Origin: a virus
Direction: 5' to 3' (one strand)
Virus record (IMG/VR): IMGVR_UViG_3300040770_000181
Location: 3,173-67,172 of that record
Length of the DNA stretch: 64,000 nt
The first letter of the stretch is position 1. Each line of letters begins with the position of its first letter. Below, piece after piece: positions 38,001 to 51,800 of the stretch. The position numbers and the translations under genes were made by a program. The notes under the pieces are model-generated. The model was not told the origin of the DNA, did not search any database, and worked only from the letters and a program-made list of their open reading frames with translations.

Positions 38001-39871
38001 GCAAAGTTTAATTTAATTTGTAAGTTACGTATAGCAGCACTTAATTGATTTAGTCTTATATCCTTTGCAAACTTGTTTTCTCCTTTAGGAGCTTTGTAAA
38101 GTTTTTCATGATATGCTTGTAAAGATTTTACAAGATCATCCACTTCACTGTTTCCTGTAGTTTCAGAAGCACTAGGAACAGGTAATAAATATAAATTTGT
38201 TTCTTTAAAAACATCTAAATTTCCTATTTCTAATGAAACAGGTATTGTAGATTGTTGCCCAGTTATTGACAAAGCTGAATCATAGTTTAATATAAACGGA
38301 ACCATTCTAGTCTTACCTAATTGATTTGTGCTTACACCATTGTCTCTATCGATTTTTACATACTCTCCCATTTGAGGAACCCAAACTTCTTGTTTGTACC
38401 AAGGAATATCAGTTTCTCTTGTTTTATCAATACTTGTAAACTTCCAGTCTAAAGTATCTACTTTCATTTGCTCAGTACCATCTTTTGCTGTAACAGGATA
38501 AATTGCTTTAAAATCCACAGTGGAACCAAGCATGCCTTCTTCTTTAAAATTAACAACTTTAGATTCAATTAAAAACTTTGTTCCTGCAGGATAAGAACTA
38601 ATCAAGCCTTGAGCAAATTGTCCAAGTTGTATTTGTAAAGCAGCAGATAAATTACTACTAACAGGCACTGAAGTAAAAGCTTTTTTATTTCCTTGCTTGT
38701 CTATAAGATTTTCTACTATATATTTTTCAATAAATTTGTGTCCTTCATCACCCCACATTTTTTTAGCTTCATCTAAAACTTTTTGTGCATCAGTTCTTTC
38801 TTTTTTAAATTTACCTTTTTTGCTTGTTTTTATTTTTTCTGTAACAGTTTTTGCAACTCTTTCTCCATCATAAGTGTAATGTCTATCATCTGGATTAGCA
38901 TCTTGGAGAACTAATCTACTATTCATATCACGATACTTTTCATAAAGAGTATCTATACTTTCTTTTACAGAATCTGTTATCTGAAAATAGACCCCCCCCG
39001 TTGATTGTAAATCATTAACAGTTCCAGATTCAGCAGACATAATCTGTGTTGCTGCTTCTTCAAATATACTAATATTAGATTTTCCGTAAACACCACGAAT
39101 AAAATCAAGAATGTTTTGCCACCACCCTTGTATAGTTGTTCTAGTTTCAAGAGCCATAAGCTCAGGAAACTCTGTAGAGCCTTCGTTTTGAAAGATTATC
39201 ACTTCAGCTATAAGTTTATCTACAGCTTCTTTTTTAATCTTTCTAATGTCAGGTTTGCCATTAGGCAACTGGTAGTTTTTATTTCCTTTGTAAGCATCAA
39301 GGGTCCTTTTGTAAATTGCAAACTTATCAATTTGACTAATTAATCTTGTAACAACACTTGGATTTGTTTGCTCTAATATACCAGTAGCAATGTGAACCAT
39401 TTCTTCTGTAAGAGTTACATCTTCTTTTCCTTGTGCAATAGCTATAATACCATGAACAAGATCTGCTACACCATTAACATTTTTAATACTAACACTAGGA
39501 TTTCCTTTAGCATAATCAGTTAAAGTTTGCATACCAATACCCATTTTAGTAGCAGCAAGTTTAACTTTTTCAATAGTTTGAGTAGAAGCTGTTGAAGCAG
39601 GTATATCTTCTACTTGATAGTTTATATTATTTTGGCTATCAATTTTTTTAAATGCTTCTTTATTAGGAATAGCTTTATTGTCTTCTTCATAAAACAGATT
39701 CCCTATAATGTCAAATCTTTTTTTAGCATCTGCAGTCCATTCTTTATTTAATTTCCTAAACAAATTTCCATCTACAATGTTTCTATATATATCAATGGCC
39801 CCCTTAGTTCGTAAGGAGGCTTTTGATGATGCTTCTGCTGTTTTGAATTTTTTCTTATCGTTACAACTCAT
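35024..39871 (-). CDS. Large virion ejection/cargo protein with degenerate zincin-like and PD-(D/E)XK-like domains
   Basis: EEMVH at 39392-39406; STVDF...DTLDWKF...QMGEY near 38360-38600; directly downstream of the vRNAP gene. Confidence 0.6.
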   Translation of the reverse strand: MSCNDKKKFKTAEASSKASLRTKGAIDIYRNIVDGNLFRKLNKEWTADAKKRFDIIGNLFYEEDNKAIPNKEAFKKIDSQNNINYQVEDIPASTASTQTIEKVKLAATKMGIGMQTLTDYAKGNPSVSIKNVNGVADLVHGIIAIAQGKEDVTLTEEMVHIATGILEQTNPSVVTRLISQIDKFAIYKRTLDAYKGNKNYQLPNGKPDIRKIKKEAVDKLIAEVIIFQNEGSTEFPELMALETRTTIQGWWQNILDFIRGVYGKSNISIFEEAATQIMSAESGTVNDLQSTGGVYFQITDSVKESIDTLYEKYRDMNSRLVLQDANPDDRHYTYDGERVAKTVTEKIKTSKKGKFKKERTDAQKVLDEAKKMWGDEGHKFIEKYIVENLIDKQGNKKAFTSVPVSSNLSAALQIQLGQFAQGLISSYPAGTKFLIESKVVNFKEEGMLGSTVDFKAIYPVTAKDGTEQMKVDTLDWKFTSIDKTRETDIPWYKQEVWVPQMGEYVKIDRDNGVSTNQLGKTRMVPFILNYDSALSITGQQSTIPVSLEIGNLDVFKETNLYLLPVPSASETTGNSEVDDLVKSLQAYHEKLYKAPKGENKFAKDIRLNQLSAAIRNLQIKLNFAPLYTVAEEFLNSAKQTIDSLQNADYSTMTKGEIKAHLQNLLDYQKSGEKFASMDEVFLSQYPKESLTAENKKTLQRLKYATDSTKIMQNKIIDLMRIYAGQLAVKEGIVDNAESALKPEVAISGFSKTWEEASKLSAKLIKLVANLNINAGSLVNIAYAKQMDTFGKLLVPLEEEASKIGKKAFDLIGTMSETGLNLIKKLDPKFYKDVSDAKENKNKQFFLDNINKTEYKRLANELFLANSTTIENTTFSADEEENESIKEYRLKNLRNEIFIDLPTFNGYDSYYFNELFKQTIIEEPHYSPEYKTLKGREHALNMWEYFTNLNEKAKEIGYFNKRDSSFFPLIEATILQKMGSASNVLSETADVFRGLYTTKINEEQGMSKIDPETGQPVRAIPKYFTRTDKEVRQLSTDLNRVGALWIKALLDYEKADSLEDTFKVLLEVEKAKGSLMLDENNQVIFDSSMNPKVNKNENKNADIMKVIAEDALYNLGQDLGTTFNKGITAFANKAGKTDEQKAKYSTNVKKTIHNLDTYTRAIAVGLKPLIAIANWFGNQFQMFINSGGVYTWGQFERNNARVTVGNISEIETGLLDLFVPLNDNITDEERRKIAKKQGISAYLSTWSFSDVMMITNAFPEKKLQLANALSFIENSTIVNGKIVNIRQFLKEKDRQTKYTLSEQDRKTLEDSFEARAAEMKKESLLTLAKIENNEVVIPGVSLEELAKFRTSIVEFGRKLNGQMNTDNKAGYRRDAIFSSFMMFKTWMPKLLGDRITDIDKNSQLGEWEYGRVRLFFKTWQQLGLGNISKMRDIISGTEEGLKILDEMLENKKREYFLKTGQELEITQEEFYDLVRKELSNEMKELGVLFSMMGIILTAKIVDPPEDESKITKNQYKFVLKMINKITDEITFYYSPVSFQSMTQGSILPSLGLISKAERVIMQVAKEFTEDHKKAHGLKAVISLVPILSQLQTEVLPYVAPEYAKEMGIKVTTQSRQ

Positions 39872-39881
39872 GGTTTATTTA

Positions 39882-42800
39882 TTAAAATGGAGTACAAGAG
39901 TCATCGTTAAGTTCTTCTTGCCAAGTTTCCTCAATTAATTCTTGAGATGTTGTTAAAGTTTTGCCTAACTGTGATTCAACATGTTTTCCTATTATGCTAA
40001 CAAATTCGTTTAAAACTTCATTACTAAGTTCTGCATATCTTTTTTCGATTGCTGCAGTTCTAGTAGCATTAGTTGAAATAGCCATATTTAATTTTGCAAA
40101 CTGTGCAACTTTAGGGCGTAAGTCTATTAATTTTTGTTTATCCTCAGAACTTATAAAATCAAACTCATTAAAATCTACATCCATCAACACTTGCATGTTA
40201 TCTGAAACTTGTTTAATAGAATCTTTAAATGAATTTAATCTTCCAACTGGACGAGTTCCTTCATAATAATTAGAAGGTAATACTAATCTAGTAAATCCAT
40301 ATGCATCTAATCTTTCATTTAGTCCTACAATGTCAGTTCCTCCTTGTGGAATACCACTTACTTTTGAAACAACTACAACATTATAAAAATGTCTACTTTG
40401 TGTACCATTGATAAAATTCTTAGAAAATTTATTATCTCTTTCAAATTCTGCCCAATCTGTAAATCCTTCTCCTTTTGCAAGATCATCTTTAGCCATTGTA
40501 CTTCCTGCTATAAATCTAATAACATCTCCAACAACTTTTCCCATTCCAAGGGGAGTTAATGTAACTTCAGTACCATCAGGAAGCGTGTATGTTCCTGATT
40601 GTAATTCAGTACTACGATTAGTTATAGTTTTAGTACCAGCTTTTATTTTAGCAATATTGTCTGGTTGCATTTCTAATCTACTTTTTGCAGCAACAACTGC
40701 AGCTGATGCAACACGTGCTGCTTCTTTAGCTGCTGCCATTATAGCAGGGTCTACAGTTTGTGTAGGTTGTTCAACAGAAAGACCTAAAATGTTTTCTATA
40801 ACAGAATCTTCAACCTCTGCTGACGTTAGCAATTTTCCTGTAGCATCTCTTGTTTCTATTACTTTATCATATCCATTATCTAAAGCAGATTCTCTTTTAG
40901 TATCATAAAATTCCTGAGCTCTAAAGGAATCTCCCCAAGCATTGATGGCTTTAAACAAAAACTTTCTTGTTATTTTACCAGTCATTTTGCTTTCAGTCAC
41001 TTGCATTAATGGAACTTTTTCTCCTTTATCATTAGTTGTATAAACTTTTTGTAAAAGTACTCTGTGAATATGAGAGTAATCACCCACTTTTCTTCTTCTT
41101 GCTTTTTCAGCTTTTCCAACATACGTTTCAGAACTATAAGTAATAAAATCATTTCTTCCTTCTGATGTAAACGGAGAAATAGCAATTATTTTAGGGAGTT
41201 GCCCTTTTTTTACTGCATCTTTAAGCTTTAAATCAATACTTTCATCAGGATTATAAAGCCTATCATCATACATACTTTGTAATAATTTTGCTCTTCTTAC
41301 AGGAACAATATCTGTATTACTATAATTTTCTCTTTCAAACACATTTAGGTTACTAAATTCTGCTAAGTTACTAATATTTTCTAAGTTAGACAATGTTTCA
41401 TTGTATATTTTTTGAAAATCATTGTAAGGAAGTAATGTAGTAAATGATATTTTAGATTTGTTTAATCCAGATTGTAATAAAGCAACTCTAACTAGCTGAG
41501 CGTAAAGGTCTTTGTTCTCAGATTTTAAGTGTTCTCTTAATTCATTAAATCCATATATTACTAAATTTTGATCATAAACTTTATTATCCCTACCTGCTAA
41601 ATATAAGTTATTAACTTTTCCTTGATTTTCTCCTGAATCCATTTTAAGAGAGTTAACTATTATGTTTCCAAATAAAGGATGTTCAGTATTTGGTTTGATT
41701 CCTTTTAATTCATTTCCAAGAATAGTATCAATATAATCTATTATTTTAACTGAAGATGATTTCTCTGTTTCAGATCCTAATAAAACTGATTTTATGTTTT
41801 GAACAAATTCTGGAGAAGTTTGTATTGCCCAGTCAAACATATCATTTACAGCTTTTTGAGAAACCTTTACAAAGTCTCTATCATTTAAATTTACATAAGG
41901 TAATAAAACACTTTCCATCACTGCTCTTATTTTTGGCTTATCAGATATTAATATCTGAGCAAACGCATCTCTAAAATCATTAATAGTTTCTGTTAATGGA
42001 CCAACAAATGAACTTTCTAATATGTCAGTTACAGACGATATAATAGTTTTTTTAGCTCTCTCAAGTTGAATTCTTTTTTTAAATACTAAATATGGATCAT
42101 TAAAGTTTGCTGTATCATGGTTTGTACCTTGTGTTACATTAAACATGTGTGAAGACATCTTAGCATATTTTAAAAACTCTTTCAAGATATATTGTTGTTG
42201 AAGTTTTTGTACATCATCCATGTTATCTCTGTTTTCCTTCTTATTAAAAGGAAGCATTTTATATAATTCTTGTTCAGAAGGAATACCTAAAACTTCCATT
42301 ACTTTAGTAGTTTTGTATTCATCCATAGTTTCAGTGGCTATACTATCAATAAACAACCAAGAGTATCCTTTGTTTTCTATATTAGCAAGATAATCTCTAA
42401 TGATTGGTTGGTTCATAAAATATGCAACAGTTTTAATTGGCACACCAAGATCTGATAAAAATAACCAAGTGCTTGTAACGTTTGGTGTAGCTCCAAGTTC
42501 CATAATCCATGGTCCTTTTGAGATATCCACATATCCATCAATAAACATTCCATTTACATCAGAAATAAAATCACCTGCAGCATCTTTTATTCTAGAAAGA
42601 ATAGGTCTTCTTTTTCCATTTACCATTGCTGAGTTATATTCTTGAAAATTAATATTAGGATTTGTAGCAAAAACATTACTGTTTGTAGTTCCTCCTAAAA
42701 TAATTTTATCTGCATCATCAATTAAATCTCCATTTAACCGATCTAAATCTATATAGGTAAGTGATCTTTGTCTTTGTGCATGTCCTGTTTGTGCAACAGC

Positions 42801-45800
42801 AGCAATACCAATAGCTTGTTTACCAGAAACAAAAGCATGTCTAAGCCCAGTCATAAACTTTCTGCTTAACATATTTCCTACTGATGTATAATCTATTTTT
42901 ACGTTACCCATTTGTTTTTGAATATCTTCAGATAAAGCTTTTAAACTTGACGCATCATTAGGTTTAACAAGACTAGCAAAGTTAGACTCATGCGATACTA
43001 AATTTTCAAGAGATTGAATATATTCATTTTCTAATGATTTTTTGTAAAGAGTGTCAATTACATCTTCTCTTTGTGTAGAATATTCCTCAGGAAACATACT
43101 TTCCATAAGAGCGTCTTCCATACTACCTAAAGGTAATGAATCTTTTATTCCTGCTACATAATCATCAAAATAACCTGCATCATACAACTTACCATATTGT
43201 TCTTTTGCTTTATCACCAATACCAAAAAATGGTACAACTTTTAATCTTCCTGCATTGTCAGAAAATAAATTCTTTAAATACATAGACAATTTATCAATAT
43301 CAAAATCCGATCCTGCTTTCTTTACAAGAGCAGAAGGTATAATTACTGAATCCCCAAATTCTTTTGGCAAGAATTTTTTAATTTTAAATACATCAATAGA
43401 GTTTTGTTTTTGAGTAGGAATACGATATGCAATTCCTGCTAAAGCAGCTAGCTCTTTTTGTCCTTCTGGACTGTTATTAAAATATGCTAAAAGTTCTGCA
43501 TCCGTTTTCTTAGATTTGAACCATCTACCAACCATAACTTCACAATAACGTTTTCCATCTTCATCCTCGTAAAATTTAAGTACATCAGAAGAGTAGACAG
43601 GCTTACCATTAAGTTCTCCTGTTACAACTCTGTTTTCTTCAAGTAATGCAGAAGACACTTGTACTTTCATTCCTCCTGATATTTTAGGACGAACAATGTT
43701 TTTATCTGCAATAGAGTAAAGAATGTTTCTAATTTGTTGGTACACAGGAGTAGCTTCAAGAACAACATGCCCTTTTTCAAAACCTTCAAATGCATCTAAC
43801 AAGTTATAATTAACTTCTCTTTTAATAATTTCGTCTCTTAATGTGTCAATAAGTTTTGTTCTATCTTTAATTGTATATTGTTTTTTCCCATCTACAGTGG
43901 ATTCTACTAGTCCCAGTTTTTTTAATAAAGAGTTATATCCCTCTATTGTCTTTGCTTCAAGAAGTGCTTGGTTATGTTTAATTTCTTTGTATAAAGGAGA
44001 TGCAATTTCTTTTGCTTCTTCTGTACCTACTTCCATCCATGCTGCAAACCTAAGATCAAAATCTTCAATTTTTTTTCCTTCTTTATCAAAAATTTTAAAA
44101 TCAACTGGTACACCAGCTTCTAAAAAGTCCATGGTTGCAAGTTTAGTTATCTGAGACCCTTGTGTAACCATAGGCGTGTCTTTAGAAGGCACTTCAGACT
44201 GAACAGCAACAATAGAGAAAGGAATTTTACTAACTGCTCTAAGATCACTTGTTTTAAGAGTACCATCTAGTTCTTCTTGAGATTGAAAAGGAGTTTCATC
44301 AAATGCACCTGTTGAGGTGTATAAAGGAGAAACTTTTTCTGTTCCCACTTTACTACCAGAAGCAAACACAGCATAATCAATATCCTCTTTTTGCATCTTA
44401 TTATAAAGTTTAATTGCATTAGAGTTAGGATTCATTATGTGTAAGATTCTAAAAGATAATGGTACCAATGCAAACTTATGCAAAACAATATCATTATAAT
44501 TTCTTCCATTATCTTTACTTCCTCTAGTAATAGGTTTGATAGGAGTGTATGTACTTTTTATTTCAGGGTTTCCTGCTTTAAATAATACTTTTTCTTCATC
44601 AGACAATTTAATTCCTTTAACATTCTTTTCATAAGCAATGTCAAACATGTATTGTCTTTCATTAGCCTCAGTCCATGACCCATCTCTTAATTTAAAAACT
44701 CTATTTGCTTTTAATGTAATGTATCCACCACCATCTGTTTCTTCATAAGCATCATCATAATCTTGTAAATCATTTACACTTAATACATCTTCTGCAGTTA
44801 TAGTTCTAAAATGGTCTCTTAACATATCTGTATGACCAATATCTCCTTCTGCATATCCTTTATCTTCATTGTAAAGTTTATTAAGAGAAGTGTTAACAAC
44901 AGAAGAATTACTAATTAAAGGTTGCCCAGGAGAATTAAAGTTTTTAATACGTTTTAATTCATCTTTATATTGGTAAGGATCTGAATAAATAATTTTGTGT
45001 AACTCTATGTTAGAAATCATATAATTAGCTGCCAACAATCTTAACTCCTGTAACAATGTTTCAGGTGTTAAATTTTCCATTTCATTAAATAACAATTCTT
45101 TAACTACAAAACCATCTTCTGTATATTCAGTTATTTGATATTGTGCTAACAAGTCAGCAGTTTCATTTGCTTCTTTTTCTATAAAAGCTTGAACAGCTGC
45201 ATCTATTTTAGCTTGATACCCTTTAAATGCAGCACCTTTTCCATAACCATAATAAAGTTGTTCTGCTGAATACTTAGAGTTAGCAGTAGACATTATTTCA
45301 TTGTGTAATGCATCTCCTAAAATAGATTTAAAAAAACGTAAATCTGTTGTGTTTCTTCCTTTTACTGAAGGAATGTTTCTTTTTTCTTTTGCTAAATTTA
45401 CTTCAGCAAAAAAGTAATCTCTAAAAATTTCTTTATGTTTGTCTAACTTGTACGTAGCATTACTAACAAATGGAGAATCGGCAGTGTGCATCTTAACAAA
45501 ATATTCTAATGACGCATCCCCAGGAACAAGATTTGCATACTTTCCTGATATGTTAAGATTTATTTCTTGAACAATTCTTTCTTTAATAGATTGTTTAGAA
45601 GATTGTTTTTTCTTACCAGTAGATTCATTGTTAGTACCATCAATAATAGTAACTTTTAATAAATCATTAGTTCCTTGTTTTCTACCACCATTACCAATAA
45701 GGTCAAACATTTTTCCAAGTAATACAGAACCTTTAGTAAAACTGTCAGTTAATAAATATTTGTAAGCAGTACCGTCTAATTCACTAATACTCTTCATTTT

Positions 45801-48800
45801 AGAAAGAGTGTTATGTAAATCACTAACAACATTAGTTCCAATAAATGTTTGAGACCTTTCACCATTAATATTAAAGTAAGTACTCTCATGATCAGGTTTA
45901 TCTAATATAGCTAGTACAACACTTAACTGACTAAGACGTTTGTCAATATTTAATGTTCTTGCATTTACAACTGTTATAGCAGAATCTCCTTCTGTTTGTT
46001 TACCATTTGCATCTGTAATCATTTGAGGATCTCCTATTACAACAAGAGATTCTTTTATTTTAGTAACAGCTTCAAAAAACAAAGCACGTTGTGTGTCATC
46101 TAAATTAAACTTAACATCTCTTAATGTAATATTAATTCCAAGGTTTTTTAAAAAATTTACATAACCTTCTGGAGCTTTTACATTAAATTCTGGTAATGCT
46201 TTTAGTTTAGCTGAAGCATAAAATTTATAATTTTCCTTATTATAAGTAAAGAAAGGTGATTGATCTTGTTTAATTGTTTGAGACATTTTACTAATCAATT
46301 CTCTTTTTTGTTGTTTTGATGCATTGTTAAGAGTAGTGTCTCCAATAACAACAGACCCATCTCCTAAAACAAATACAGTTACAATATCTGCATTTTGTTT
46401 TTTCATAGATTTCCAGAAAGATGCAATCAATTGAAAGTCATGTGCTTTAATATCAGCTAGATTTAATGTAGTGCCAGGTTTTTTTCCTGTCATTCTTGAA
46501 TACAATAAAGAATAGTTGTCATTCTTCATAGCCATTCCATTAAGTTTTTTAAACATGTCTTCAATATTAACAGAGTTGTGTAACTCACTAACAAGATCTA
46601 TGTAAACTTTATCTGCAGGCAATAATGTTCTACCACCAATAGATGATGGTTTGTTCTTTAAGACACCGTCTATTAGTTGTTTTTCTGGAAGTGTTCCTAA
46701 CATTAACTTAATAGCACTATTTGATTTTCTAAATGAATCAATCTTATCAGCACCATCGTATTCTCCTTTACCAGTAGTAGAAGCAGAATCATCTTCTAAA
46801 ACAATCTCATCATTTTCATCAAAGTCTACTGAGTAAGATTTTAAATTAAGTACATGCTCTTTAACAATATTATCCCATTGTGCAGAAACTGTTCTGTAAA
46901 GAGTTGTAAAATTATTAGCACCTATAATATCATCAGCTGAAATTGCTGTAGTTCTTTTTATTGAAATTAAGTTTAAAACTTCTGCTTTTAACCTAGTATA
47001 TAATTCTGTTTTATTAATACTTTCTATAGTGAACACACTCTTATCATCTTTAATCATGTTTGCTAGAGTTGAATAAGTCATGTGTTGTATAATGTCATGA
47101 AATTGTACTTCAGGAATTCCTACAACACGAAATGCAGAAGTAGCATCCCCAGTAGCATTAGCTACATCAATGATTCCTTTGTTAGCATAGGAAAGCCCAC
47201 TAGTATAAGGATTATAGTCTTTATAGTATCCATTACCTATTTTACTAAATAATTTTTGTGTATTGCTCAATGCTGCCTCACCTGTAAAAAATTCCTTTAT
47301 AAACGCAACAAGTTCACTAAACATTCTTGATATAAGAGAACCTCCTTTTTTTCTGTCAGCAATTTTGCCTGTCATAACAAAGTCTCTAAATTCTTCAGCT
47401 AGCTCTTCTTTTAATTGTTCGTTTGTTGCTACACTATATGCAATTCTTTCTCCTGTAAACCTATCAATGTAAGTTCCTTTTCTATCTCTAAATTCATCTA
47501 TAATTGTTTGTTTATCAGCAGGACCTGTAAACATTTTCCACACTGCTTCAAACACTTCATGGTAAGCTGTACCTGCTTCTGCATTCTCATAAATATATAT
47601 AGCACCATCATGTAACATTCCCCAAGCTTGTCTACCATTAGTAGCTTGAATAATATTCTTCACTCTATATACAGGAACGTTTGGAAAGTTTGCTTTTATA
47701 AACTCTTCAACTTGTGCCCAGTTTTCTGGAGGAATAGTTTGTGATACATACTCTTGAACTAATCTATAGTTATCATCATTTACAGGAGTAGGAGGAGGAA
47801 TGTCATCACCAGCATCTAAAACTGTAACAGGAGCTGCTTGTCCAACTGGAGGATCAGCAACTGCTGGTTGATTAGGCATTTGTGAAGCTTTTACAAAAGG
47901 TTCAACTTTTGCTTCTATAGATTTTATAAATACACTAGCAGCTTTTTGTTGTGCAATATCTCTTTGCTGTTCTTCTGTTTTATTCATATCTGCTGGTGCC
48001 ACTGGATATGTTAATGACAGTTTTATAATAGCAGGCAGAGTTTGATCTAAATCTAAAGTAACTTTTCCTGTTGGAGCGATAGTAAAAACAAGGTTTCCAA
48101 ACACAGGATGAGAAATAGTATTAAGACCATCCATTACAAAAACAGGAGTTACAGGAGCTGGCCTAGTTAAAGCATCGTATTCTGCAACTAATGCAGTTAG
48201 ACCGTTAGCATCATCCCATGCTTTCATTGCAGCATCTAGAGCTTCAAGAGTTATTAACTGTTGATTAGAATCTCTAATTGCTTTCTGAACTACTTTATCA
48301 TTTTTTCTTTCATTAACTAACACATTAATTTTTTCAGCTAATATTTCTGCTGGACTTTTTTGAGTAGCTTTTTCAGCAGCTTTATCAGCAGCTTCTTTTT
48401 CTTCTCTATATTTCTTAGCTAAAGATTTTTTTATTACACTATAAGCAAAATTTATTTCATCTTGAGATGTTCCAGTAGACTGTATTTCAATAGCAGGTAA
48501 AGATTTTTCTTTATTGACCTCTACATTAAATGCAGCATCTATAGTAAAATAAACATTACCAATAGTTGCATTGTTATATATATTTTCTGTTACTCCATCA
48601 AACACAACAGTACTTGCTGTAGGTGTAGGGGTAACAGTAGGTGTAACAGTAGGTGTAACAGTTACAGTCACTGCAGGTTTAGTTGCTGTAGGTGCTGTTT
48701 TTGTTCTTACAGGAATATCAAATCTTTCTTTATTACCATCTAATGTAAAATAAATAGCTTTTCTATTAGTAGGTTGATCTTCTGATATAGGTCTAAATTG

Positions 48801-51800
48801 TGTAGCCAAAGGAATTTCTTTAGCTGATCTATTCTTTCCATCAGGAGTTTTATTAGATAATAAGTAAGATTGATAGTTTTGCCAAACAACTTTGTTAACA
48901 CTACCATCAGAATTAACTCCAGTTATTTGTATATAAGGAATGTTAACAGCATCTGATTTATTAACAACAGAAGAGTTTGTATTAAGATACATGTTGTTTA
49001 ACAAATAAAGAATGTCAGTTTTTCTTTCAAGAAGTCCACTAGGTGTAAAGTCAAAAGCTTTTTGAGAGTCTTTATTTAAACCAGACATAAAAAGTTTTTG
49101 AACCATTTTACCTTCTTCGTTTTGAGCAGACTCAAACCAAATGTTATTATACCCAGCATCTTTTCTTCTACCATCAGGATATTTTGCAATTCCCCAGTAT
49201 ACCACTGTTTTTAACCAGTCAAATAATTCTTTTGAATCTTCAGAAATTTCTCCCTGTTTCATTGTGTTCTTTGTAATTTGTAACATTACATCAAACATTG
49301 TTTCAGCCTCAGTAGAATTAAACTTTCTATTAAAAAGTTTAGCCATACCAACACCTGCAATTCTTAAGAATACTCTACCTTTTGGAGATTCAAAAATAAC
49401 ATTGTTTTCATCAACAGTATCTCCTGTTGATGCCACCTCAACCACTTTATTTTGACGTAAAGTATCTTGAGTTATTAATCCTGCGTCTTCTGCAGATGTT
49501 CTAGCATCAGAGGGTACAGTTGTAATTCCTTTTGAATCTGTTGTAGTAACCAATTCAGGTATACCAAAAGAAGCTGTGATAGCTTCTGAATAAGGAGCGT
49601 CTGTAAGAGCTAATTGTTCATCTCTCCATTCTTTATATCTTTTTTCTAAGACAGCTACATCATCAGGATGAGTGTCATCTCTAAACATTGAACCATAAAC
49701 TTTTTGTCCTGCTGCGTTGTAATAATTTCCTTTTAATTCAGCTGCAGGAAACACTTGATAAATACCATTATTAATAGCATCACCACCTTCAGGAATTCTA
49801 ACTCCTTCTTGGTCAACAGGAAATCCTTCTTCATCAGTCATAACTAATACAATAACGTCATCATTACTATATTTAGCTCTATCTTTTGCAGATAAGTCTG
49901 ACATTAAATGTTCTACAAGACCAGGTATAACATCGTTTTCTGTTTTATTTGTAACAACTTGTCCACGGATCTCATCTCGGTTTTTAAACGTATGTAAGTT
50001 ATTACCAAATATATTAGCTCTCTTTTGATGAGGTTTACCATCATCAACAGGTTTAGTACTAGTTACCACCTGCATATCAGTTTTTTTAGGAGCAGCTTCA
50101 TAAGGTCTAGTTCCAAAGAAATTTTGAACACTGTTCATGAGGGTTCCAAGAAATGATTTTTTTAATTCTTCATTTTCTTGCATTTTAATAGCTTCTAGTC
50201 TTAAAGTTTCAATGTCAGCAGCGTATTGTTCAAAAGCAGCAAGTATTTCTGCTTTAGCAATTTGTTCATTAATTAACTTATCAATGCCTTTATCTAAATC
50301 TGCTATTTCTTCAATTACTTTTTCTAACTGTGCATTAAGTTTTGGTATACCAAGTTCTTCATAAAAATCATTTAGGTCAGCTTCTAGTTCTAAAACTTGA
50401 GCTGTAAACCCTTGTTTGTTATCAATAAAATATTGTGCTCCTTCTTCTCCTAACATTTTTTCAAGGTTAGCTTGTAAAGCATCAATAGACAATGGTACAT
50501 TAGGATTATCTTCTTTAATACGTTTAATGTAATCATTAAATATAGATAAAGTTCTTTGAAGAGTATCTTCAATTTGTTTTAATAAAGACTCATTAGATTT
50601 AATAGCATCTGAAGTTATTTTAATAACATCATCTAATACATTAATATCATCTTTTAATTGCTTAATCATATCTCTACCTGATTCAGGAAGAGTTTCTAAG
50701 GTGTCTAAAAAGTCTTTAAAGAAAGGAATGTTACTTTCTAAGTCTTCTTTTTCTTCTTTTAATGTTTTAGTTTCAGCTTCAACAGTAGTATGAAGATCTG
50801 CAAGAGCAGCAATTGTTCTTCTTAAAATTACATTAGGTCTTTTTCTAACAGTCCCTTTAGCAGTTAAATCTCCTTTTGCTTGTTCTCTATCTCTTATTTC
50901 TTCTAACGCTGCTTTTTCTTTTTCAAATCTTTCTTTATTTCTTTCTAATTTTTTAGTAATTTCTTCAACACGTTTAACTCCATTAGTATAAAGGTCAGAA
51001 ATAATACTATTACGAACTTTTAATCTTTCAGATACAGTTGTTTTTGCTTTTCCAAATTCTACTAAAGCAGTTTGTTCTGCAGCAGTTAATTCTCCAACAG
51101 CAACTAACATAGCTTGTTTGTAATCTTTTTGAGCAACAAATTGATTATTCCAAACTTCTTTTCTTTGTACAACACCATTATCATCTACATAAGCAAATGT
51201 AAGTCTGTCCTTAGCATGATTGTATTCAAGTCTTCCTCTTACAGGCTGTCCCTTAGAATCTTTAATATTGTAATTTTTATATATTTTATTTTGATTAGCT
51301 TCTAAAAATTTATATTTAGGGTTAGCTAACATTTCACTAGACTTAGTTAATGAATAAGAATTAAACTCTGCTTCAGAAACATCTCTAATAACTCCGTTAG
51401 AACCTTTTATTTTTATTGTACCATCTTCATTTTTTCCTAATACAGTTAATCTAGGTTGACTAAATACTGCAGCACCTTTAGCTGTATAAGCAATTGTTTT
51501 ACCTAAAGCATATTCAGTTCCTATTTCAACTTGTCTATCTCCATTTTTAGTTTTAATAGTAATTTTTTCTTTAGGAGTTTCTTCTGCAAGCTTTTTTTCT
51601 CCAGCAGGTTTTTCTGTATAGTTTTCAGGTTTGTTTTTTATATCTTGATATTCTTTTACAAATTCTCTTCTACGCATAGCAAGTTCAATTACATCTTGCA
51701 ATGCAACTTTAAGATCATCTTTGTCTAATGTGTCAGAATCTGCAACATCAGCTAAAGCACCTTTAATTGATTCTTCACTAGGAATACCACTTACCATAAC

